Shown here one piece after another: positions 10,354 through 20,515 of a DNA stretch of 64,000 bases. The position numbers were made by a program, and so were the translations under genes. Within the stretch, counting starts at the first letter, position 1. Each line of letters starts with the position of its first letter. The stretch spans positions 84 to 64,083 of the forward strand of contig CAYWTB010000016.1 of the NCBI GenBank assembly GCA_964461135.1. Reading direction: 5' to 3'. The notes beneath the pieces are model-generated. The model saw nothing but the letters and a program-made list of their open reading frames with translations, did no database searches and had not been told where the DNA came from. This DNA is from an uncultured Caldithrix sp. GTDB lineage: Bacteria; Calditrichota; Calditrichia; RBG-13-44-9.

Positions 10354-10386
10354 CAAAAGCCGACAGACAGGATCCGTCGGCTTTTG
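10354..10386 (-). terminator. Rho-independent terminator of the 26810->10410 operon
   Basis: CAAAAGCCGAC...GTCGGCTTTTG stem about 24 nt after the stop at 10410, with a U-rich tail on the minus strand. Confidence 0.75.
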
Positions 10387-10409
10387 CAAAAATAGAGCTT
10401 ACACCATAA

Positions 10410-11813
10410 TTACTTAACCAGCAGCATCTTTCCGGTAGCCACGGAATGATCAACTGTCAGTTTGAAGTAGTAGTGGCCGGAGGCCAGACCGCGTGCGTCA
10501 AACGTATATTTATGAGGTCCGGCAGACGTGTTTTCATCAATCACTTTTCCAACCAGAGCACCCCGCATATCATAAATCCTCAGAACCACATGCGCACTTT
10601 TATGCAGGTCAAACGGAATGACCGTGGTGGGATTGAAGGGATTCGGATAGTTATGATACAGGGTAAACAAGCCCGGTACCACTTTCCTATCCTGTCCGGG
10701 TTTGATGGAAGTGAATGTACCCGAGTAGTGTTTTATTCCGTAGCCATAATACTCTGCAGCATAAAACTCATCTCCCGCCGCATTGAAATAGGCGTCCCGT
10801 AGGCAACGCAGGTACTTTGGTTGAGCATAACCACCGGTGGTGGTATCGGATCCGTCAGTATTTGCGAAGAACTCGAATGATTTCAGGCTGTCCACAATCA
10901 TGTAATTCTGGTCCGGGTCAAGGGCAAATATCTTCCGGTAGCTGACATCATCATAACTGGCTATCCACAGAAGACCGGCTGGATTCCACTGTGCCAGGTT
11001 GGTCACGAAAGGATAGGTGGTAGTATCAACCGTCACCGAATACAGGATGGTATCGACCAGGGTGTAGGTTCCAAAAACGCCATCGGCACTGTAATAGCGA
11101 TGAATACCGCCACTCATAGAACATATATAGACATTCTTCCCATCGGGGGATACTTCCATACAGCGGGTCACACCGGCAGAGATACCGGTAACGGTGTTGA
11201 AGGGTGCTGCCCAGTCATCCGGATCGAGAATATCGACCTTGGTGGCGAATACTCCGTCCATCTGGTATACATATCCGTCCGCATCCACACCCGGTCGCCC
11301 GTTGCTTCCACCGGTGCTGTATTTACGAATGACATCGTGGGTCTGATAATTGATCTTATAGACCAATCCATTCGAGAAGGAGGCTATTATATTCCCCTGG
11401 GGGTCAGTCCCCATTCCCCGATGGCCCCCTACCAGGGTATCAATAGAACCATCCGGTAAATTAAGGAAGGCCAGGGTGTCCACCTCTCCGGTAGCGGGAT
11501 CCAGAATAAAAATAGGTTTCACAGCATATGTTGTGGTATCCGTCGGGGTCATGATGACAATTCTGTCCGGATATTCCGAAGTAAACTCAGTAAGGCGTTC
11601 GTAATAGGATCCACACCATATTTTACCATCCGGATCAAGTGTGACCGAGTAGGCATTTCTGAATCCGGGGACATTGACAGCTGCCGCGCCATAGTCGGTA
11701 GCGATCGTACGACCATTTACAATCAGGGAATCGAATGTCCAGGTCGAAAGCTGTCCATACCCCAGACCTGCCAGCAGCATCACAGTTAATACACCCAAAA
11801 GCAATTTTTTCAT
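10410..11813 (-). CDS. Secreted beta-propeller-like protein with T9SS type-A CTD, function unknown
   Basis: Signal peptide; blade-like repeats (LDPDGKIW, TDPQGNII, VDADGYVY, VSPDGKNVY); HNYPNPFNP...GKMLLVK; own SD AAGGAG. Confidence 0.8.
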   Translation of the reverse strand: MKKLLLGVLTVMLLAGLGYGQLSTWTFDSLIVNGRTIATDYGAAAVNVPGFRNAYSVTLDPDGKIWCGSYYERLTEFTSEYPDRIVIMTPTDTTTYAVKPIFILDPATGEVDTLAFLNLPDGSIDTLVGGHRGMGTDPQGNIIASFSNGLVYKINYQTHDVIRKYSTGGSNGRPGVDADGYVYQMDGVFATKVDILDPDDWAAPFNTVTGISAGVTRCMEVSPDGKNVYICSMSGGIHRYYSADGVFGTYTLVDTILYSVTVDTTTYPFVTNLAQWNPAGLLWIASYDDVSYRKIFALDPDQNYMIVDSLKSFEFFANTDGSDTTTGGYAQPKYLRCLRDAYFNAAGDEFYAAEYYGYGIKHYSGTFTSIKPGQDRKVVPGLFTLYHNYPNPFNPTTVIPFDLHKSAHVVLRIYDMRGALVGKVIDENTSAGPHKYTFDARGLASGHYYFKLTVDHSVATGKMLLVK

Positions 11814-11883
11814 AACATACTCCTTAGTTTAATTAGTGAATAATTTAAAGAATTTTCCATAAATGTTTTCCGGTATAAAAACA

Positions 11884-11898
11884 ATCACCTCCTTTCTC
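11884..11898 (-). promoter_or_regulatory. Orphan perfect Shine-Dalgarno (candidate STAB-SD mRNA stabiliser)
   Basis: Minus strand GAGAAAGGAGGTGAT about 73 nt upstream of the 11813 start, with no properly spaced start codon; identical 13-mer at 38834-38846. Confidence 0.5.
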
Positions 11899-11926
11899 TT
11901 TTCAATTCAACATTTACAGATTATTT

Positions 11927-13186
11927 CTATGGTTGTCTTCCATAATAAGGTGCGGAATTTTTGCCCATGGTTACCCGCACCACGGTGCGGTATTCCCCAC
12001 TTAACGACCTGCGATTTACATATAAATACTGACTGTTCCCCCACATAAAATTGGTGGCCGGCGGTAACAGGACTGCCGAATAAAGGGGACTTGCATTTTC
12101 CGGAAGATACCGGCCGTTTCCGTCCGGGGATATAACCGTGATGGCATCCGAAATGTCGGTTGAATCAGCTCCCACGTACAGATCCCCATCGTCAGCGAAG
12201 GTAATCGCCAGGATATCGGGAATACCAACCGTACCGGTGCCATAATAACTATTCCAATCAAAGACCAGTTCTTTGGAACCGAGATCGCCGGAGGTATTCA
12301 GAATTGGATTTCTCCATATACCCGATTTAACTGAATCAGGACTTCCCGGGGTTAGATTATATTTTCCGGCTACATAAACGTACCCGTTATAGACACGCAG
12401 TGAGTTTACCAGGTAATCCGGGTAACTTGCTGCTAATCTTTCATTCTTGTTTTGATCAATACTATAAATAGCAAATTTGGTGGAATAGTAGATATTCAGA
12501 TTTTCGTCAAAATCAAAATCATTTATTGCTTTGCCCAGTCTTATGCTGTCTTTGGTTGATTCGGTGAACTGATACAGATAAATGGTTCGACCGGCATAAA
12601 GAACACCGCCCGGTCCCATTTTCATAGTTCTGAAAGACTGGCCTGATTTTACAATGACAAAATCCGCCTGTTCCTCTTCCGGGGTCACTTTTAATATCTT
12701 TCCTTCACCCAGGGAGGCATACAGGTTTTCCGAAAGATCCACCGCCAGGCTGTAGGCATCGAAGGCACCGGTAATTCCACCGTATCCATCCTGCTGGGCG
12801 AATTCAACTTTATAAGGCTGAGATTCGCCAAACTGCATGGCCCCATCCACCTGTACCTTAATGATCAGCGAATCTCCCCCAATAACCGGTACAATACAGT
12901 GAATCTCAGTCGTTGTTACCGAAACAATTTCAGCCTTTTTCCCGCCGAAAAACACCCGCGTATGGGTATAATTATCACTGGGATCGAAATTAGTCCCAAA
13001 AATCGTAACCTCTGTAATGCCCGCATAAGCGCTGGCCGGTTCCACCCCGTTAACTGTGGGATTTGGTTTTACCGGGTAATTTGGATTCAGATCATACAAA
13101 CTTTTCTGTGGTTCTTCGGCGCACTGTAACAGAAACAAACTCAGCATTAGGATACTTAAAATAACTAAAAAATGATGCTTTTTCAT
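11927..13186 (-). CDS. IPT/TIG-domain lipoprotein with C-terminal NHL-like propeller
   Basis: Lipobox FLLQC after MKKHHFLVIL (ATG 13186 preferred to TTG 13210); IPT pattern PTVNGVEP...VTIFGTNF...VFFGG...IHCIVP. Confidence 0.8.
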   Translation of the reverse strand: MKKHHFLVILSILMLSLFLLQCAEEPQKSLYDLNPNYPVKPNPTVNGVEPASAYAGITEVTIFGTNFDPSDNYTHTRVFFGGKKAEIVSVTTTEIHCIVPVIGGDSLIIKVQVDGAMQFGESQPYKVEFAQQDGYGGITGAFDAYSLAVDLSENLYASLGEGKILKVTPEEEQADFVIVKSGQSFRTMKMGPGGVLYAGRTIYLYQFTESTKDSIRLGKAINDFDFDENLNIYYSTKFAIYSIDQNKNERLAASYPDYLVNSLRVYNGYVYVAGKYNLTPGSPDSVKSGIWRNPILNTSGDLGSKELVFDWNSYYGTGTVGIPDILAITFADDGDLYVGADSTDISDAITVISPDGNGRYLPENASPLYSAVLLPPATNFMWGNSQYLYVNRRSLSGEYRTVVRVTMGKNSAPYYGRQP

Positions 13187-13213
13187 TATGTGACTCCCAT
13201 TAACTTTCAAAGG

Positions 13214-14218
13214 TCAAAAGGTAAAATTCAACGAAAATCGTTGTACATTATCAAAAACACCAAAGGGTGTATAAGCATAATCAAATCCCAGACCAAATTT
13301 TTTAAAACCGAAACCGTAGGAAATATTTTCTTCATCCCGGCTGGAAACATAACCAAGCCTTAGAAAAAATGTACTCTGAAAACCATATTCCAGACCAAGC
13401 CGTGCAAATTCCGGATACGACCTGGGATGGGCGGCATCCACCGAGAATAAAACCCGGTGAACCTCAGAAAATTGAGGCATAAAATCCAGCACATTCATGG
13501 ATACCCCGATATTAAAAGTCAGGGGTAGCTGAAACCCTTCCCTGGCATAACGGACTTCTTTGGAAAAATTCCGCACGGACATGCCGAATACCAGACTTTT
13601 AAAGCCTGTTTTGTAGGTGGTTCCAAGATCGAAAGCGAAAACGGACACTTCATTTTCGATGGCATTCTGATAATCCGGTGCAGGTTCAAGAGAAACAATG
13701 GCCGCACCCAGGTACTGGTCTACTAGTTTCATCTGACCGCCCACTGAAAATTTGTCGGAAAGGCGCCTGGCGTAGCCCAGGCCAATTGAATAAGAGAAGG
13801 GTTGAATCAGGCCTGTTTCGATGAATCCCTGATCATTTCCGGCGATAATTGTACCTTCAATATCGCCATAATCCACGAACAAAAAACTAAATGCGAAAAT
13901 TCCATAGCGCCCGTTAGAGGGCTGGAAAGCACCGGTGACTGAATAGTTATTGATGTCTGCAATCCAGGAATTCTGATTAGCCATCAGGTCAAACCTGATA
14001 TTCATATCCGCCAGAATCGCCGGATTGGACCACAGGGCTGCCGAATAGGCAGGCATGGTGGTCATGGCACCGGCCAGGGCGGCTGAACGGGCGTCCTGAA
14101 TTACACTCAGGAATTGAAAACCGGTCTGTGCAAGTTTTTTGTCGGCCCGGACATTTGAGAACATAACCAGGCAAACCAGCAGTAACGTTAATATTTTTGT
14201 CGTTTTGTGATTCATCAT
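13214..14218 (-). CDS. PorV/PorQ family outer-membrane beta-barrel (paralogue 1)
   Basis: Signal peptide; GFQFLSVIQDARSAALAGA...WSNPAILA, FAFDLG, LPLTFNIG, DYAY; terminal amphipathic strand ending in F. Confidence 0.85.
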   Translation of the reverse strand: MMNHKTTKILTLLLVCLVMFSNVRADKKLAQTGFQFLSVIQDARSAALAGAMTTMPAYSAALWSNPAILADMNIRFDLMANQNSWIADINNYSVTGAFQPSNGRYGIFAFSFLFVDYGDIEGTIIAGNDQGFIETGLIQPFSYSIGLGYARRLSDKFSVGGQMKLVDQYLGAAIVSLEPAPDYQNAIENEVSVFAFDLGTTYKTGFKSLVFGMSVRNFSKEVRYAREGFQLPLTFNIGVSMNVLDFMPQFSEVHRVLFSVDAAHPRSYPEFARLGLEYGFQSTFFLRLGYVSSRDEENISYGFGFKKFGLGFDYAYTPFGVFDNVQRFSLNFTF

Positions 14219-14255
14219 TTAGTGCTCCGATATGGCATTTTATTCATTCTTTAAA

Positions 14256-16388
14256 TCAACGTATTATGATAAATTTTTTATTGATGGACTCACCATTCGG
14301 TTTCTCGATATGGGCAATATAAACGCCACTCACCACCGTCTGACGGGAGGAGGTTATCGAGTACCAGGCCTGATCTCCACTGCCGTCAGTATGTTCGATT
14401 GTATCCACCAGATCTCCGCGTTCGGTATATATTTTTATAGTACACCTTCCCGGAATATTATAGAACATTATCTTATTGGTTTCATTCAGAAACAAGAGTC
14501 GCTGCAGATCGGCATTTAAATAATAGGGATTAGGCACAATACGAATGTCCTTGAGAACATCCCCTCCCGGTCTGCGAAGATATGCCGGTTCGTTGGTGCG
14601 GGTATAGAACCGGCTGCTGTGCAGACTGCCATGGGGATTGGCATTTGTATTATTAGTTGAGCCATTACTGAATGCTTCAATGTAATAATAATAGGAGATG
14701 CCACGGATAGCTTTCACATCATCATAATTGTGCACAACTGCGGCATTATTGGTGCCCGTACCACAGGCAAATATTTCCTTAAATACCGTGTCCGGCTTTC
14801 CCTCGGCCCGATAAATTCGGTAACCCCCAAAACCCGGCACACCTTCTGAGGGACTGGGACTCCAATTTAAGGCGATTTTATCACCTCCCGAGAGAACTTC
14901 AAACAGAGTGGGAGGCTGTGGCGGCTGTGGGATCTGAAAATTCATGTCATAATTACGCTTGGCCCGGCTGAAGGTCAGCAGGATGGAATCTCTCCCGGTA
15001 TAGACCCAGGTATCTTTATAAACATCCTTATCGGGGGTGGTTGATCCGCCCGGAAGAACAAACGGACCCTTGTCATTGGGATCCTGGTAGGCCTTCTTCC
15101 ACCTCTGGCCGATTTCTTCACACATGGGGCGGCTTAATCCGGAAACCCCTTCAGCCTCAACGATTACAATACTATCGCCTTCCTGCAGGTCAAAGGGACC
15201 ATAGTTGATCCAGAGATTGGTCCCACCGCCATCGTTGTGTACCAGGTAGGGGTCTTTTTTCTGATCCTTATAAGTTTCCCAGAACCGGTCATTGCCGCCT
15301 AAACCGGTGAAGGGGATACCGCTGAGCATGGAATACTGCTGGATCATTTTGGGCAGCTCCGCCCGGGAAACCGTATTCATTCCGGGATAGGTGTCTCCGG
15401 CGTGCCAGCCCAGGGTAGTGGGCTGATTGGGATCATCCGAATGATCGGTTGCACTTATATCCACGTGTAAAACGGCCACTCCGGCATGCTGGGGTGCCGC
15501 CAGACGGCCATCCCGCGAAAGGTAAGGCCCGCCGATATTATCAAATGCATTTATTTCCGACTGCCCGGCCCAGACAAATCCACAGCGAATCCATTGCACG
15601 ATGGGATTATCCAGGGTTATTTCTTCATTGGCATGCTGCGGATAATCTTCACCCCGTTTGGTAACCCAGGTGTGTTTGCCCCAGGACTGGCCGTCTCCGA
15701 TGGCAAAGGAGCCTTCACGACTGACGCTGTAACGGATACCCCAGCCGATCCTGACACCCAGAAGCGGCCCATGACGTTCGATTTCCGGATCGTAATCCGT
15801 ATTACCGGTATTGGTGAAGGTGAAAATCTTAATGTGGTAATTATCATGATACTGCTGGCTGAAAGCATATACCGTCCGGTTCATGGTCAGTCCCATGGAG
15901 GTATTGATAATATTGGTCATGATGCGGTCCGGTATCTGATCGGGATTAATCTCATCCACATCATCAATATAAGGGAGGGTTAAATTACTTCCATCTACAA
16001 TGACTGTAGGTGCTTCAAATTTTGCAGTCTGTTTTAATTCAACCGGAAAAACAGATTCACCCACAAAGTCAGCAGACAGATAAATCCCATAGGCATCCCA
16101 GTACAATCCATCCTGGTCGACAAAATCTTTACAGCCCAACCAGGATCTTTTAATAACGGCGTTGTCCTGATAAAGATAATCCGCCGGCCAGATGAGGCCT
16201 TCATAGTAAGAATTATTCCAGGCCCGTTCCGATCCATAAGCCGAATAGTGGTTCTGAAGTGATCCCACCCGACGGATGTAACGCGCATCAGTACTTTGTA
16301 TCTGCGCATTCAGAATATGATAAAAGCAAATACTGGATACCACTGTGACTATCAGGATAACTTTTACAAGTTGATTCATAATTTTCAT
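14256..16388 (-). CDS. Large secreted protein with FN3 domain and 'VPNPY'-type CTD (cassette partner 1)
   Basis: Start moved to ATG 16388 because the ORF-track start overlaps the TBDR. Signal peptide; FN3 GGDKIALNW...GYRIYR...YYYYIEA; CTD IRIVPNPY...IMFYNIPGRCTIKIYT...SGVYIAHI...KFIIIR. Confidence 0.85.
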   Translation of the reverse strand: MKIMNQLVKVILIVTVVSSICFYHILNAQIQSTDARYIRRVGSLQNHYSAYGSERAWNNSYYEGLIWPADYLYQDNAVIKRSWLGCKDFVDQDGLYWDAYGIYLSADFVGESVFPVELKQTAKFEAPTVIVDGSNLTLPYIDDVDEINPDQIPDRIMTNIINTSMGLTMNRTVYAFSQQYHDNYHIKIFTFTNTGNTDYDPEIERHGPLLGVRIGWGIRYSVSREGSFAIGDGQSWGKHTWVTKRGEDYPQHANEEITLDNPIVQWIRCGFVWAGQSEINAFDNIGGPYLSRDGRLAAPQHAGVAVLHVDISATDHSDDPNQPTTLGWHAGDTYPGMNTVSRAELPKMIQQYSMLSGIPFTGLGGNDRFWETYKDQKKDPYLVHNDGGGTNLWINYGPFDLQEGDSIVIVEAEGVSGLSRPMCEEIGQRWKKAYQDPNDKGPFVLPGGSTTPDKDVYKDTWVYTGRDSILLTFSRAKRNYDMNFQIPQPPQPPTLFEVLSGGDKIALNWSPSPSEGVPGFGGYRIYRAEGKPDTVFKEIFACGTGTNNAAVVHNYDDVKAIRGISYYYYIEAFSNGSTNNTNANPHGSLHSSRFYTRTNEPAYLRRPGGDVLKDIRIVPNPYYLNADLQRLLFLNETNKIMFYNIPGRCTIKIYTERGDLVDTIEHTDGSGDQAWYSITSSRQTVVSGVYIAHIEKPNGESINKKFIIIR

Positions 16389-16398
16389 ATCTGCATCC

Positions 16399-19300
16399 TT
16401 AAAAATTGATCTTAATTCCGAAGAAAATATCGCGGGGATTAAGATATGTGAGTGCTTCAATATTAGGCATATCAATATAGGATTTTTTATTGATCCTTTC
16501 CTTATTGCGTGCTGAAATTGCGGCATCGTTATTGGGGTTGGGTTCCAGCGGATCAAAAGCTACACCGGCCGGCCGCCGGTCACCAATGCGGTCGTTCCCT
16601 TTCTGATCACCGCTTTCCCAGGGCCGTCGCAGGGATTCCAGGTATGCATTACGATCATAGGTATCTGAAAATCCGGCAAAACTGAAAATCTTAGTGTTCA
16701 ATAAATTCCAGATATCTGCATACAATTGCACTCCGAACCGGCTCATTCTGAAATCTTTGGTGATCCGTAAATCCACATTATAGGTATTGCGATATCTGAA
16801 ATTATCCACAACTCCCGGTGTAGAGTTTGGATTAAATGTATAATATCCCCCTGCCTTCCAATAAGCCAGAATGTTGAGTCTCCAGTTTTGAAAGAGATAT
16901 ATTCCCAGGATTTGCGGTCCAAATTCTGTGGGTGTCTGAACCATAATATTGGCCCTGGCATATGGTTGTGGCCTGGGGCGGGATTGAACAGGATTTTGCC
17001 GCAGGTACTCGTTCATGGTATTAGGATCCTGATAATTTTCCAACAGACCAAAGTAGCCTGAAGTTTGCACATCATAGGTATAATTTATAAATCCACTGAG
17101 CCATCTGGCTGCCCGTTTTGTGAGTGTTACTTCAAAACCGCGAATGTCCGCATAATTGTTATTTTCGGATATATAGTACTGTACAGTTCCGTTAATATTG
17201 CGGTAATACACCCAACCCGGCTGATTGGTCACGTCTTTATAGTAACCCGCTACTTTCAGCAGAAACATATTCCACAGACTGTGCTCATATCCCACCTCGT
17301 AGGCAATGGTGCGTTCCATCTTCAGGTTCCGGTTCCCGAGATAGGTTACCAGTCCATTAGATTCCCGCTGCAGGCGGAAACGGTAGGAGGAGGCGGCTTC
17401 GGATAGGAAATGACCATAGTTGAAGTATAATTTGGAGTTGGCGGTGATGGGATGTGATATACCCAGACGCGGACTGAGATACCAGTCAGGTTTGGCATCC
17501 ACGGAAGGAACCTGTTGTTCCAGACTATTCCCATATCCTGCCCGGTAATAGTTATCGTAGGTACTCAATTCATATACCGGTGCATTGGCATCTGAGTAGT
17601 CCAGCCGGAGACCCAGGTTGGCAATAAATCCCTCATACTCCAGTTTATCCTGGAGATAAGCACCCAGACGAAAAGGATAGATATTATAGATCATACTCCG
17701 GGTCCAGGTCCCCATGGAGGGACTCTCCGTGCTGGAGTTAATCCTGAAATCGTTGTAAACCAGGCGCAGGCCGGTTTTTACTTCGTTTTTCCCATTTAAC
17801 TGGCTGGTTAGATTTAAATCCATGGTATAAGTGGAATTGCGGCTTTTATCACGACCCAGATTCATCCAGCCACCCAGACTCATGCCATCTATGGCACTAC
17901 TGGAGTATCCCCAGTATCCATAGGGAGCTTCATCAACAAAATAACCGGGTACGGGCTGGTATATTCTGGAGGTATCCCGCAGGGTAGTTTGAAATGTATT
18001 ATACTGGCTTCTTTTATACTGGAGGTCGACGGTATAAAATGTTTTCAGATTCAAGGCATGTGTGAATTTTATACCTAACATGGCGCGATAGATATCTGAA
18101 GGGCTGTAATAGCCAGGAATATACAGTATTTCCGGTGAGTTGGCCAGATCCGCCACGGCTGATACCTGCTGCAGAACATAGCCGGTAGGAGTGGTAAGCC
18201 AGTCATAGGGTGAAGCAGAACGGACTTCCCCGTAAAGCGAACTCACTATTAATTTCATGCTGGGAGAAATATCGGAGGAAATTTTGATTTGTGTCTGATT
18301 TTCCGAATAACTGTCCCGGGAAAGCGGAAAAACAAACATATTCTGCTGGCGATAATGGGTCGCGAAAAATCGTAAGTTTCCCAGATATTTGTTTACAAAC
18401 GGAATTGGCCCTCCGAATGAAGCGTCCAGCAGATAGTCCGGTTTTCCGATGTCGCCGGCTCTTCTCCGCTGCCATTCAAACAATTGTCTGGCACCTGCCG
18501 GGGTTAAATCGTTATCAGGATTATTGTCCTGCAGAGTCCCTTGCGAAACCGCATTCCATCCTTCAAAATTCGGATACTGCTTTCGTGTATTTTCATCCCA
18601 GGCACCATTGTCTGTCCCGGTCCAACATACCGCCGGATCCATATAGGGACGATTAAAATAAGAATAGGGATCATACAGAGAGGGGCCAAAATGTTTTTGA
18701 GCTACCGGACTGTAATTGAAGGTAAACGAGCCGTTGTACATGGTTCGGTTGCCTTCCTTGGTCACTACACTTACCAGGCCCGAACGCATATCGCCATATT
18801 CGGCATTAAAACCTCCTGTCTGAATCTTAATCTCTTCCACTGCACTTAAACTCATGGCAGTATAGGGAATATTGGAGCGTTCATCATTGAGTGAGAATCC
18901 ATCGATCAGGAAGACGGTCTGATTAGCACCACCGCCACGAACTTCTATTCCCTGGGTGCCCAGTTCAATTCCCGCCTGAAGCGTCAATACCGTTTCGAGT
19001 CGCTGTACGGGCAGGGTTGCTATTTCCTGTGCTTCAATATTCATCTGGCTGTTGGACACGTCTTTGACCACAATGGGGCGTTCCGCACTTACCACCACCG
19101 GTTCTGCCTGAAAAGACTGTTCCTGCATTTTAATGTTAATCTGGGAAGTCAGATCGATTTTTACCACCACATTATTAACAAGTGAGGGGGCATAACCTAC
19201 ATACTCCGATTTAAGGGTGTAACTTCCCGGTGGTACATTCAGGATTACATAGTAACCGTCCCGGTCTGTGGCGGAACCCAGGATTGTCCCTTCAAGAAAC

Positions 19301-19434
19301 ACATTGACTCCGATGAGAGGATCTCCGGTCTGTTCATCGGTAACCACACCCACCACTTTACCGGTGGTACTGCCAAATAGGGGTAAATTTCCCATAAAAA
19401 GAATTAAAATGACGATGGTAATAAATTTTTTCAT
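16399..19434 (-). CDS. TonB-dependent receptor with N-terminal carboxypeptidase-regulatory-like domain (TBDR1)
   Basis: TTGKVVGVVTD...GSATDRDGYYVILNVPPG; plug VRGG...FLIDG, TGGFNAEYG...SGLVSVVTKEG; SPRLGISHPI; C-terminal PRDIFFGIKINF. Confidence 0.92.
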   Translation of the reverse strand: MKKFITIVILILFMGNLPLFGSTTGKVVGVVTDEQTGDPLIGVNVFLEGTILGSATDRDGYYVILNVPPGSYTLKSEYVGYAPSLVNNVVVKIDLTSQINIKMQEQSFQAEPVVVSAERPIVVKDVSNSQMNIEAQEIATLPVQRLETVLTLQAGIELGTQGIEVRGGGANQTVFLIDGFSLNDERSNIPYTAMSLSAVEEIKIQTGGFNAEYGDMRSGLVSVVTKEGNRTMYNGSFTFNYSPVAQKHFGPSLYDPYSYFNRPYMDPAVCWTGTDNGAWDENTRKQYPNFEGWNAVSQGTLQDNNPDNDLTPAGARQLFEWQRRRAGDIGKPDYLLDASFGGPIPFVNKYLGNLRFFATHYRQQNMFVFPLSRDSYSENQTQIKISSDISPSMKLIVSSLYGEVRSASPYDWLTTPTGYVLQQVSAVADLANSPEILYIPGYYSPSDIYRAMLGIKFTHALNLKTFYTVDLQYKRSQYNTFQTTLRDTSRIYQPVPGYFVDEAPYGYWGYSSSAIDGMSLGGWMNLGRDKSRNSTYTMDLNLTSQLNGKNEVKTGLRLVYNDFRINSSTESPSMGTWTRSMIYNIYPFRLGAYLQDKLEYEGFIANLGLRLDYSDANAPVYELSTYDNYYRAGYGNSLEQQVPSVDAKPDWYLSPRLGISHPITANSKLYFNYGHFLSEAASSYRFRLQRESNGLVTYLGNRNLKMERTIAYEVGYEHSLWNMFLLKVAGYYKDVTNQPGWVYYRNINGTVQYYISENNNYADIRGFEVTLTKRAARWLSGFINYTYDVQTSGYFGLLENYQDPNTMNEYLRQNPVQSRPRPQPYARANIMVQTPTEFGPQILGIYLFQNWRLNILAYWKAGGYYTFNPNSTPGVVDNFRYRNTYNVDLRITKDFRMSRFGVQLYADIWNLLNTKIFSFAGFSDTYDRNAYLESLRRPWESGDQKGNDRIGDRRPAGVAFDPLEPNPNNDAAISARNKERINKKSYIDMPNIEALTYLNPRDIFFGIKINF

Positions 19435-19473
19435 AAGATCACCTTAATAAAAGAATAACACCAAACTATTGCA

Positions 19474-20502
19474 TTAAAAATTAAATTCAAATGTAAACCG
19501 GTGCACTTCGTTAAATATGCCAAAATCGGTATAAGCATAATCCAGACCCAGGCCAAAACCCTTAAGAGACTGCTGAAAACCGGCACCCAGACTGATCCCC
19601 TGTTCATCGGTGGGAGTCGTATAACCCGCCCGCAATGAAAAGGTATTCAGGAATGTATATTCGAGGCCCATTTCCAGTTGTTCCACATAATCCCGGGGAT
19701 GTACCGCATCGATTGAGACAGATACCTGGTGCAATTCGGGATTTATGGTAGAGAAATCCAGCACGTTCATAGATATTCCGATCTTAAAAGTGAGGGGAAG
19801 CTGGAAAGATTCTTCGATATAGGTGATTTCCTGGGCAAAGTTACGCACATCCATTCCAAAATTCAGGCTCTTGAAACCGGTATGATAAAGGATACCAAAA
19901 TCGAAGGCAAATACATCGACATCAAAAGAGCGGGCGTCCGGATTTTCCCCACTGCCGAAGCGGACCACCCCGCCTCCCAGGCTCTGGAAAACATATTTCA
20001 CCTGGCCGCCTACTGAAAACTTGTCTGAAAGCGCCTTGGCATAACCGAATCCCACGGTGTAAGCAATGGGATTAAATTCCCCCAGGTCCAAAAATCCCTG
20101 TTCATTATCTGCCAGAATGGTATTGTACATTTTTCCGTAATCGACGCTCATAAGACTGACACCGAAGACACCGTAACGACCCTGTCTGGGGCTGAAGGCA
20201 GCCGTTCCGAATACATAATCGATATCGCCGATCCACCTGACCTGGCCCAGGACCCAATCTGTGGTCATGTCCATACGGGCCATACCTGCAGGATTAAAAA
20301 ATAATGCAGTAGACCGGCCTTCCAGTGACGTCATGGCTCCACTCAGAGCACTGGACCGGGCATCCAGAGGTACGGTAAGAAATTTAAGTCCGGTCTGGGC
20401 CAGTTTCCGGTATTCGGCGGAAAAGGTGCTTTGTGCCGAAACCATTAAAAGGAGGAGCACTATTAAACTCGTTTTTAAAATTGTTTTCATTGAACTACCC
20501 AT
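19474..20502 (-). CDS. PorV/PorQ family outer-membrane beta-barrel (paralogue 2)
   Basis: KLAQTGLKFLTVPLDARSSALSGA...FFNPAGMA, FAFDFG, QLPLTFKIG, DYAY, terminal F; clear paralogue of 13214-14218. Confidence 0.85.
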   Translation of the reverse strand: MGSSMKTILKTSLIVLLLLMVSAQSTFSAEYRKLAQTGLKFLTVPLDARSSALSGAMTSLEGRSTALFFNPAGMARMDMTTDWVLGQVRWIGDIDYVFGTAAFSPRQGRYGVFGVSLMSVDYGKMYNTILADNEQGFLDLGEFNPIAYTVGFGYAKALSDKFSVGGQVKYVFQSLGGGVVRFGSGENPDARSFDVDVFAFDFGILYHTGFKSLNFGMDVRNFAQEITYIEESFQLPLTFKIGISMNVLDFSTINPELHQVSVSIDAVHPRDYVEQLEMGLEYTFLNTFSLRAGYTTPTDEQGISLGAGFQQSLKGFGLGLDYAYTDFGIFNEVHRFTFEFNF

Positions 20503-20515
20503 TTTTTAATCGTTT

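Noticed and set aside
16389-16556. N-terminal extensions in ORF-track starts (also 23647, 39993, 46582, 53618, 51538)
   Set aside because: They overlap neighbouring genes or precede the signal peptide; downstream ATGs give proper signal peptides.
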